Below are positions 27,552 through 38,420 of a stretch of 64,000 nt of DNA, piece by piece. The position numbers were made by a program, and so were the translations under genes. The DNA lies in contig MCFH01000059.1 of assembly GCA_002104945.1 (NCBI GenBank), positions 124,001 through 188,000 on the forward strand. Reading direction: 5' to 3'. Every line of letters begins with the position of its first letter. Position 1 is the stretch's first letter. Origin of the DNA: Piromyces finnis finn. Taxonomy: Eukaryota; Fungi; Neocallimastigomycota. The notes under the pieces were generated by a model. The model searched no databases. It saw only the letters and a program-made list of their open reading frames with translations, and was not told the origin of the DNA.

Positions 27552-30500
27552 GTGATAATGGTAATGATAATGGTAATGACAATAAAAATTTTTTGAATCT
27601 ACATACCAAAGAAGAATTTACAAATTATTATAGTAATCTTTATGATAAGTTGATGGATCCTGAGAAGCCATTAAAATGTGTTCCATTGAATAGTGTTAAT
27701 CCAGCGTACAATCCCTATCATCCTTTATTGATTAGAACAACCAATAGAGAAAGAGCAAATATTATAAATAATATGGGTACTGTGTATGGAGGTAATAGTA
27801 ATAAAATAATGGAATTTATTAAAGATAGTAAAGATATACAACCATGTGGAATTGTTATGAAGATGAAAGATTCATCTATTTCGTGTAGCGTTCGAATTTC
27901 AAATACAATTGATGAAAGTGTGACTATTACAGACAGCAATGGGAAAACTTATCATCAAGCATATGGAGTTGTTTATAGTGATACTAATTCATTTTCTGAT
28001 GATATTAATACAGTTTTAGAATTGTCAGTATCTTCGACAGAGAGTAAATCACTTTCATATTCCGAATCCGATACGGTTTCTAAATCAGCTGAAAGAGTGC
28101 TTTCATATACAAAATCCAAAGGTAAATCTGTTACAGATTCAAGTGAAGACACTCACACTGATACTCACGAGAGCTCTTATGCTTATACAGAAAGTGAAGA
28201 ACATTCTCATGCAAGAAGTGATGGTGGTGAAGTTGTTGATGAGACTAATTGGAGTAAAAGTGAAGAAATATCACATGTTGAAGAATATAGTCGAATGGAA
28301 AGGAAGGATTATGAAAATGCCAAATCAAAAGTAAAAAGAAATGATGTAGTATCGTTATGCAAACGAGGAGGTATTTGTATTCCTTGTGATGTTGTTGATA
28401 CCGTTACAAATGTAGTTGGTACTGCTGCTAATATAGGCTTGCAAATACAATCTAATAATTTACAAAAAGAGTCTAATGATATAGCCAGAAATTCCACAGA
28501 AGCTGCTTACATAGCTAATGATATCGCTAGAAATTCCACAGAAGCTGCTTTTATTGCTAATAATATAGCAAATAATGCCAATGAGATTGCAAAAGACGCT
28601 AATGCTGCTTCATGGAAGGCAAATAATTTAACGTTACAGTCGATAGAATCTCAAGAAGATATAGCAAGGAAAGACAGAGAATTGCAAAGAGAACTTAATG
28701 AACTTAATGCACAACAAGAACTTGCTATTGCATTTGCAGGTACAAGAACTACAAGTGATAGTTATAGTACGGTTAAAAGTGAAGGTGGAAGTCATAGTCA
28801 GTCTCAAAATTGGTCTGATACCTATACCGATTCTACAGGTATTAGCAACACCTGGACTACATCTGATGGATATTCCGATTCACATACTCAAGGTCATTCG
28901 GAAACAACTACTGAAGAAAGTACTCGATCTGATTCTATTTCACATTTATTAACAAATACATTTACTAAAGATAAAGGTTGGAGTTTTGAATCTTCTAATA
29001 CTAATTCAGCATCCAATAGTTATTCTTACGGCAAATCAAATACAATATCCCATACAAATGATATTTCCATAGACCAGTCTATTGAAGTATCGGCTGAGAG
29101 ATCATATCAGAAATCGGTTTCAAGATCTAACACCGAAGAACATAGTAAAACTCTCGAATTCCATATTCCAGATAATGGTTGTTACAATCTAACAGCTGTT
29201 CCTTTATTTAGATCAGAAGTAAATATTTGGGCGTGTGGTGACTATGATATATACGGAAATTATTATACACGTTTTCAAAAAACCATTCATCCAATTGAAT
29301 TAACAGATTTTGCCAAAACACCAATTGAATGCAATAAGGAGCAAATTGATCCAGTTATTATTGATAACAATTATCAGAATAGAAATTATATTCCTGATAA
29401 CGGCATGCCTAAAAACACACTAATTTCAGGTCAAGTTTTAAATAAAGGCAATAAAATTAAATCACGCAATGGTAAATATTATTTTGGATTATTGGATGAT
29501 ACAGGAGAATTAGCTTTATGTAAAGGTGAGTTCAAAAAAGAAAATATTGTATGGAGTAATGGTATAGATTTTTTGAAAGATGATAAATACAATCTTAAAT
29601 TTAAAGTAAATTATAACGGACATTTGGTTGTTACAGCAAAGAATATATTTTCAAGATATAGAGTAATGGATACTGATCAAAATAATGATGTAAATATTAA
29701 TATTAATAATAATTCCAAGTTATCAAAGCGTCGTAGTCCATTAGATAGATTATCTTCATTACTAGATAATAAAACAACAACAACAACGACAACAACTTCT
29801 ACTACTACAACAACTACAACTACAATTAATACTACTACAACTAATGAAACTAATTCTATTGCTATTACAACATCCACAATCGAAAATACAAATAAAAATA
29901 CTAGTAAAGAGAGTTCAACATCTTCATCTAATTTAATTGTTTCAAAGGCAACCGAGAATTTAAGTAGCTTAATATTTTCTAGTACTTATTCTACCACATC
30001 TAATGAACCTACATCGACTGCTGTTAACACATCTACTAATACAAGTAGTTCTGAACCAGTTAAAATGGCTAATTATAGAAATACCGAGGAATTCATTATA
30101 TGGGATTCATTACCTAAAGATTTACCATTCAATGTAGGCTACTTAGATGGATCGGGATACTCATTGGTCTTAAATGACGACGAAAATACCGATTATTGCA
30201 CTTTAACATTATATGATGGTGTAGGTGTAAAAATTTGGGAAATTAAGCCAGGGCAGTATGATTATATAGGATATGCGTTTCCAAGAGAATATAATATGCC
30301 ATTAGCATTCGAAACTAAAAAAGCTGAAAAAGATATTAGTAAGTATGATTTTCACAATGTTATTAGACCGGAAGTAAAAGATGTATTTATTCATAAAATG
30401 AGCTTCACTTGTGATACAAAGATGCGCGAAAATGAGGCGTTGGTATCAAGTAATGGCAAATATAGATTTTATGTACAACCATCAGGTAATTTAGTTATTA

Positions 30501-33500
30501 AAGAAAATTCCAGAACGATGTGGTCTTCATTAACTGCTAATATTGAAATATTTGAGGCACCATATATTTTGTCATTCTCACCATTGGGCGAACTATTATT
30601 GAGAGATAAAAATAAGTTTTTAATATGGCACACTGTAAACGGAGATTCATTTAAAAATACAGAAAAGATTGAAGACATTCGTAAATTTTCCTTAATATTA
30701 TCAGATGATGGGGAATTATATATCGAGGATAATTATCATAATATGTATTGGAGTTCATGGCCTGTAAGATTATATAATCAACATATACGATATGTTGAGC
30801 CAATGATTTATGATATATCCATATGTAAGGAAACTATAAGAAATAAATACATCTACGATCTCTTTTCCAATCCAAATATTTATAATTATTATGAAGATCC
30901 AGATGACTCAACTACCTATGTTCGTAAATACTATGTTAATAATTTATTACCAAATGAGTCATTGCTTTCAATATACCATGCTACTTTAAATGTTACAGAT
31001 ACTGAAGTTGTATTTTATTATAAGTATAAAGATAAAATGCATTCAAAGGAATTGGCCAGTTGCAGTAAAAATTCGAATGTTAAGGAATTGAAATTAGAAA
31101 AAAATGGTTTATATTTGTATTGTAATGATAACACCTATAAAACTATTGCTATGGTACCAGAGAATCAAAAATATTATCGTCTTTCTATTGAGAAAAGATA
31201 TAAAATGGATTATCCTGATTTAATGATATACAACACCAAAACTAAGGAGTTCTTATGGGGATTGAATCCAGTTAAATTTTTGTATAGTGTTGTTCCCAAT
31301 AAAACTAAATATGGTGAATACAATAGAATTGTTACTGCTAATACATTTACAACATTTGATAGATTAATATCTTATAATGGTGGTGGAAATCATGTGTATA
31401 TGTCCAATTCTCATGGATTAGAATTGAGTAATTCAGCATACACTGAATTTAAGAGCTTATCCCTATTGGATGATAACTTTTATATTAATGATGAAATAAT
31501 TATTAAGAATGAAAAAAATATGGAACTTTCTTATGATGGTATCAATGATAAATTAATAATCACAAATGATGCCGATACATTGTGGGAATTATTTGGAAGA
31601 AAAAAATGTAATAAATTTATTTCTTCTGATGAAAATTGTAATACTCTATATTCCTTTAGTGAGTTTTACAATGACGAAAATGAAAAAACTTTTCATTTAG
31701 CTTCATATTGGCTATTATATAAAAGTAATACGTTTTATATTTTTAATATAATAGAGTATCTTAAAACCATTAATGAGCCAATATTTTCAATGAAACTAAA
31801 TGAAAATGGTGACATTACATTAAACAATAATAAATATATATTTCACAAAGAATATTACAAAAAGGATCAATATTACGAATTAATTACCAATAATTATAAT
31901 TTAATATTAAAATCAAGTACTGGAGAATATAAATGGGCACTTGGAGATATCTTCAACCGTGCCTATAATGCAGATATCTTAAAAATTGGAGATTCTTTCA
32001 AAGAAGGTGAAATGTTATTCTGTGATGATTATTCTCTAATTATTCTTGGCGGTAAATTATTGTATAGAGACCACAAAACATTTAATGAAGTCGACATTTT
32101 AAATTTAAAAAATAACTATGTTTCAAAATTAGCTATAGGATCTAGAAGTTTAACATTCTTTGATAAAAGTAATGAACCAATTTATGCGATTATGTCACCT
32201 GATAGTGTTGATTATCCTGACAGCTGTCTTAAATGTGATAAAATCAATAAAGGAGTGTATTGGGATGACGGTAATGGAAATTCATTATGGAGTTATCCTA
32301 AGAATTTACCAAAAACCGATACTACTACAATTACTTCAACTACAACCACAACAACAACTACTACTACTACCACTAGCATTATGCAAACTCCTCAAACTAT
32401 TGTTTTTACTACACATGTTACTAACTACTCAACCGAATATATAACAGAATCACAAACTAGTATAGCCACTAAAACTAGTTATAGTTATGCAACTTATACC
32501 AATGTAAGTTATCAAGGAAGTATTGGATCAAAGTATTACCTAGGTATAAATGAATTAAAAGAATATGTCACACTTGAAGCTAAATATGGTGGAAATAATA
32601 AACAGCCAAGCAAGTATATTAAATGGTTAATTAAATCTGAAAAGGAACCTTCATATATGCATATAGTAAATAATAATGGTGAAATATCAAATTATTGTTT
32701 AGACGTAGGTAAAAGTAAAAACAAATATTCTTACTATTTAAGAATTAGTAAATGTTCAGAAGACACTTACTTATTTAAATATAATGTACCATTTACTGAT
32801 TATGAAAATTCAAAAATAAATAATCCAAATAATATTATTGTTTATAAAAACGATAATTCTTTATTTACTAATAGTAACGGTGTACCATATTGTATTTATT
32901 ACAGCGATACATTGCGTATAGAAGAGTGTAAAGATCCTAAAGATTATGAAAATTTCAATTGGAAAAAATACAATAATGGCTATTTTACTGAAACTTCCAC
33001 AAAGACTAAATTACAAACTTCTACTGAATATCTTACCAAGAGCACAGTAGTACCAACCATATTAACTTCAACAATAACTTCAATTTTATTACCTACTTTT
33101 TCACCAACTACGTCTACTACAACGAATATAAGTAGTATTACTACTAAGGATATAAATCCTACACAATCCATTGATTTACTATTTATTCCTTTAACCTTTA
33201 AAGGTATACAAAATGGAAATTCCAGTATTTTCTTAAGTGTTTCAAAATTAGGAACAAATGAATCTTTTGATATGAGAATATCTGACAGCTACTATACATG
33301 GTTTGTTACTTCAACTACAAATCCTTCTTATCTTTATCTATCTGAAGGTATTTCAGGAAATATTGGAAATCCAACAAATTATTGTTTGGATTTAGGCGAC
33401 TTTGTTCATAATGAAAAGGATAACTATAATTATTTACGTATCGAAAATTGTTCTAATGTAAAGTATAAATTTATGTATAATGCTTCAGATAATGCTAAAT

Positions 33501-33658
33501 ATGGAACAATTAATGTTTACGATATCAATGGTAATCCTCTTTCTATTAATAATGACTTTATGTGTATTTACTATTCAATGACACCTCGTGTCGATAAATG
33601 TGTTGATCCATCCCTTAATACTAAAATGGGTTGGGAAATGTCTCTAATAAAAAATTAA
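27062..33658 (+). CDS. Secreted 2198-aa multidomain protein: candidate aerolysin/ETX-MTX2-like pore-forming region, bulb-type lectin repeats, two ricin-B-like C-terminal domains
   Basis: Signal peptide; several KR/RR sites; alternating S/T-x arms at aa ~274-410 and ~560-699 ending in LEFHIPDNGCYNL. B-lectin motifs (LISGQVLNKGNKIKSRNGKYYFGLLDDTGELAL; LVSSNGKYRFYVQPSGNLVIKENSRTMWSS). Duplicated W..T..PSY....NYCLD(V/L)G....LRI.C units; Thr-rich linkers. Confidence 0.75.
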
Positions 33659-33793
33659 TAATAAATTAAATTATTAATTATTATTATCATCAAATAATTA
33701 TAATTTATTCTATTAATTAATTAAAATGTATAGATTTATAGAAAAAATAAAAAAAATAAAAAAAAATAGATAAAAATATAAAGATAGAAATAA

Positions 33794-33824
<31 letters not shown>

Positions 33825-34251
33825 TATGAAATATGAAAAATATTTAAAATAAATAAATAAATAAAAAGATAAATAGAAAAAATCAAAAAAAAAAAAGAAA
33901 TAAATAGGATAGGGTCAATAAAAATATATATATAATAATAACAAAATTATATATATTTTTTAAAATTTTAAATATTTCTTTTTTAGTATCAGTTTTCTAT
34001 CTTCATTTATTGTTATTTTTTTTAAACCGTATAATATATTATTTATTATGATTATAATAACAAAATTTTCATGTAAAGAAATTATAAACTATTTTATATT
34101 TTTATATTACTTTTATAAAATGATTTTATAAAATTTTAATAAAAATAATTATAAAATAAAATAAATTAGAAATTACATATATATAAATATATATATATAT
34201 ATATATTTAAAAAAAACTATAAATTCAAGCAAAAATTTTTAAACAGAAGAA

Positions 34252-34971
34252 ATGAAAACTGTTACATTATTAGTATTTTTAGGCTTTTCTGTTTTAATTT
34301 ATGCTAATTCAATTAATTTTTTGAAATTATTGAAAAGAGATGTTACATTTGATGGAGATACTTTCAAGAATAGTATAAGTGAAGAATGTTTAAATGAATA
34401 TAAAAATTCAGAATATAATGAATGTTTGCCTACAATTACATTGGATAATTTTAAAGGTGAGTGCTTAAAAATACAAAATGAAAAATGTCAAAAGTTTTAT
34501 GAGGATCCATTAAAATACTATCCTATTTGTGGAAATTTCCCAGCTTTTAAAGAATTGTATCAGCCAAATATGATTAAAAGTTTATTACAAGGTTATGATA
34601 TATATTGTCAAACTAATGAAAATGGTGATTTATGTCCATTTTCTATAAATGTAATAACAAAAAATGATAATATTGAAATTTTAAATGAACAATGTAAATC
34701 TAAAAAATGCACTGAATCTTTACTTAAGGTCTATAAAGAAATAAGTAAGGATCAATATACAGCTTATGAAAATTCATCATTCACTTCTGGAAATTATTCT
34801 GATCAAGATTTAAATGAATTAAACCATATTATTTCTACATTAGAATCGAAACAATGTAAATCTTCACATGTATCAAATGATAACGAAACTAGTGATTCTA
34901 TTTCTATTAAGATCAATAATATTTTATTAATTTCATTATCTTTATTATTATTAATTTTTTATGAATTTTAA
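34252..34971 (+). CDS. Small Cys-rich secreted, probably GPI-anchored protein
   Basis: N-terminal signal peptide, KR site, ~10 Cys in a spaced pattern, S/D-rich spacer and hydrophobic C-terminal tail (ILLISLSLLLLIFYEF). Confidence 0.8.
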   Translation: MKTVTLLVFLGFSVLIYANSINFLKLLKRDVTFDGDTFKNSISEECLNEYKNSEYNECLPTITLDNFKGECLKIQNEKCQKFYEDPLKYYPICGNFPAFKELYQPNMIKSLLQGYDIYCQTNENGDLCPFSINVITKNDNIEILNEQCKSKKCTESLLKVYKEISKDQYTAYENSSFTSGNYSDQDLNELNHIISTLESKQCKSSHVSNDNETSDSISIKINNILLISLSLLLLIFYEF

Positions 34972-35632
34972 ATAAAATAAAAATTTACTATTTTATAACT
35001 ATAGTATTTTTTACTAAATAATTAATAATAAAAATATATAAAAAAATTAGATATACTAAAAATTAGTATTTAGATCAATTATTTAAAAGCTCTATAATAT
35101 TAATATGTTTTAATCATATTAATAATAATTATAATCATATAACATTATAAAATTTATTTTCTATCAAATAAATATATATATTATATATTATACTTGTTAA
35201 TTATGTAATTATAATATAACAAAATTATTAAAAAATTATAAATAATTAATTATATTTTAATTATATAATAAAACAAAATAATAATAAAATACTATTACAT
35301 AAATGTTTTTTTAGATCGTATTTTTTTTTAAAAAAAAAATATTTTAATCTTCTTTTTCCTTTCCTTTTCTTTTTTTTTTAAAAAAATTTTTTTTATTTAT
35401 TTGTTATTTAATTAAAAATATATATACTAAAATAATATCAAAAAGATTAATTTTAAAAGAAATTATACGTATGTTAATAAATATTTTATATATATAATAA
35501 ATAAAATTAAAAGTTTTTTTTTTAAAAAAAAATTATTAACTAATATAATATAAAATAAGAAATTTGCAATATTAAGCCTTTATTTAAAAAGGTTTTATAT
35601 TATATATTCCATATATATATATACTTTCATAT

Positions 35633-36481
35633 TTATTCTACATTTATATTTGAGTTAATGTAAGAATCATAAGAAAAATACATAATATTATAATAAGAAT
35701 TAATTACATTTATAATGTTATTATACATTACAACAGGATTATTTTCAGTGATATCACTAATTCTTTTATTAATATCATTAATGTCATATGGAATACCATA
35801 TTCACCAAGAAAAGATATAATCTTTTTATATATTGGTTTATCTTTAAGTGAATCAATCGATTTTAATGATACCTTTGCATACATATTTGATTGGAGATCT
35901 TCACCATACTTATTAACTTCAACATAATGTGTTGCCATATAATAGCTTTCCTTTTTATCTGAAGAAATATAATGAATAACAAATACTCCAGCTCCAAAAT
36001 AACCTGAAAATTCAGTAAAAAATAAAATGTAAGAATTGACAGAATTTGAAGTACTTTCAATTTTCAAAGGCCATTTAGTATTGATATTATAATCTAGTGG
36101 TAACTTATTTTGAGATATCCATTCATTTCCTAATAATACTGTATTAGCAATAATTTCATATTTGTATTTATTAGCAACCATTTTTATGTGTTCAGGTAAT
36201 GGTAACTTACCTTCAGAACGTAAATGTGTACCACAATAAACATGACCAGGAGTACACTTATTTTTGCAAGTAGTTTTATTCCTTTTGATTGCTATACAAG
36301 TATCATTAATGGAAAGTTTATTCATTTCTTTTATTGGTGGTTGATTACTAATTTCATTTTCTAAATTCTCAATTATACTTTCTTTTTTAATATCTAAATT
36401 ATAGCTATTATTGAAAACCTCTACAGCTTTATTAGTGATTTCATCAATAATCGTATTATAATATTTTTCTAAATTTTCCAT
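35633..36481 (-). CDS. Intronless protein with C-x9-C-C3H zinc finger (DUF5763-like pattern common in large DNA viruses)
   Basis: 282-aa ORF containing TCIAIKRNKTTCKNKCTPGHVYCGTHL. Confidence 0.65.
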   Translation of the reverse strand: MENLEKYYNTIIDEITNKAVEVFNNSYNLDIKKESIIENLENEISNQPPIKEMNKLSINDTCIAIKRNKTTCKNKCTPGHVYCGTHLRSEGKLPLPEHIKMVANKYKYEIIANTVLLGNEWISQNKLPLDYNINTKWPLKIESTSNSVNSYILFFTEFSGYFGAGVFVIHYISSDKKESYYMATHYVEVNKYGEDLQSNMYAKVSLKSIDSLKDKPIYKKIISFLGEYGIPYDINDINKRISDITENNPVVMYNNIINVINSYYNIMYFSYDSYINSNINVE

Positions 36482-37083
36482 TTTTTATTTTTTTTTATTT
36501 TTTTTTTACTAATTTATTTATACTTTTTAATTTTAGTTTTATATTTAATTTATATTAATATATTTGAAAAATAGAAAAATAAAAGAGAAAGAAAACAATA
36601 AAAGAATTATTTAATTATTTTTATATTAATATATAGAAAAATAAATATCATTTTAAGATATAAAATAATATAATTGGCGAATAAAAAATAAACTTTAATT
36701 TATATTACACATTGTTTTTCAATATAATTGATAATGAAAATGAAATTTCTGAAATATAAAGAAGCTTACTTCTATATTGAAAATTTTATTATTTATATTT
36801 ATATTTGTATTTGTATTTGTATATATATACATATGGATATATATATATAATTTTTAATTTTAAACTTTATACCTATTTTATTATTATATAATATAGAATA
36901 TAAACATTAAACTATTATTTTTTTTTAATAATATACTCTTCATTTTATAATAAAAAAAATAATAAACTTAAATTATTTAATTGATATTTATAATAATATT
37001 AAGTACCGTTATAATAGCTTTTATAATTCAATCTCCATGTAGAGGTAACTAGTTATATAGTTTAATATAGATTATGTCACAAA

Positions 37084-37205
37084 GAGCATTAATGCTGAAG
37101 AAATAGTAGGACAGGTCAGGAGGGCCAGCGCAACCAATGGAGATCATAATTTTGTTTCTTGATAAAATTTTGTTCTTTGGCTCTGTGTCCCATTGGAAGT
37201 CAAAT
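37084..37205 (+). mobile_element. Diverged fragment related to the 3' part of the SINE
   Basis: gagc..gctgaagaaa.agta.gacag..caggaggg.ca matches SINE positions 58033-58076, and both end in ggaagt followed by an A-rich tail. Confidence 0.65.
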
Positions 37206-37529
37206 ACAATTATTATACTTTAGTATAATAATCATGACTTTCTTATTTTAATTAAAATTACAAGAGTACATATACCCAATTTTTTATTCATTTGTATTTA
37301 TTTAAACATTTTTTTTTTATTTTTTATTTTTTATTTTTAATTTTTTATTACATGTATTATAATTTTAATTAAATTAATAATAAAGTTTAAAAATTTGATA
37401 CTGTAAAAAAAAGGATTATGCCATTGGTTCGAATCCGACTATTTACTTTTTTTATAAATTTATGTTTTAATTGAACAAACAGTTTAATAAATTATATATA
37501 ATATAAATATATATATATATATAAATAGA

Positions 37530-37530
<1 letters not shown>

Positions 37531-37560
<30 letters not shown>

Positions 37561-38092
37561 TTCCGAGTGCATTTCTCCCATCGATCAGAGTTAGCTCCAA
37601 TGGTGGTTCTTAGAGAAACGTTGGCTCATTCCTATTGCTAGGTGGTTGTGACCCTCCTGGTCTGTCATACTGTTTCTTCAGCTTCGACGCTCACTTAATC
37701 CATGTACATTAGATGCATGTCGTTGTACGATATTTCACAACTACAATGCTAAGCCTCTTATAGTCAATTTGATCACGTGTCAACCGCCCCCTAATGTTTA
37801 CACTTAAATTGATTAAGGAATATTATGTGTTTTTGGCATAGCCTAAGTCACCACTTATTAAGTTCTAATTTGGAATGTACCATGTACACTAGACCCTCTC
37901 AGGCCGGCTAGACGAGTGTTATTATCATAGTAGTAAATTAGAAAGTTCATTTATACTTACCTGAATATCATAACCCAACCCATGGCAAACCCAGTGGGAA
38001 AATCCACAGGCACTGACATCTGCGGGGTCGAACCAGAAGCCTTATGTATGCTAAGGAAACGCCTTAACAACCAGGATAAAAACTGGAACGAC
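37531..38092 (-). mobile_element. tRNA-derived SINE, copy 1 (535-bp core + A27 tail), 14-bp TSD atatataaatagaa
   Basis: Reverse complement of 57632-58166. Poly-T at 37531-37557; the same 14-mer occurs at 37517-37530 and 38093-38106; B-box GGTTCGACCCC in the head. Confidence 0.88.
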
Positions 38093-38420
38093 ATATATAA
38101 ATAGAAAATAAATAAATTTATATTAATTTATTTTCCAATCATGTATGTAGGAAATGTAGGAATGTAGTATAGAACAGAATTAATGAATCTAAATATTCAT
38201 AATGATTTCTCTTTTTTGTTATTTATTAAAGATATTTTTAAAATACTCAATAATTTTAAAATGATTATTTAAATATATATAAATTTATTTATCCTTCACA
38301 AAAAATTCAAGTTACCAAGAATTTATTTTGGTCCATTTAATTAATTAATATTAAAATTTGATTTTTCATTTTATTAAGTTCCATCATTTCATTTTAATTC
38401 ATTTTATATAGAATAAAAAT

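Noticed and set aside
37954-37964. ATACTTACCTG, identical to the U1 snRNA 5' end
   Set aside because: No U1 stem-loop I/II or Sm site follows; it is the reverse complement of a splice-donor-like sequence inside the SINE.
25255-38400. Mimivirus-like AAAATTGA early promoter variants upstream of the viral-type genes
   Set aside because: Only imperfect matches, which are expected by chance at this AT content.
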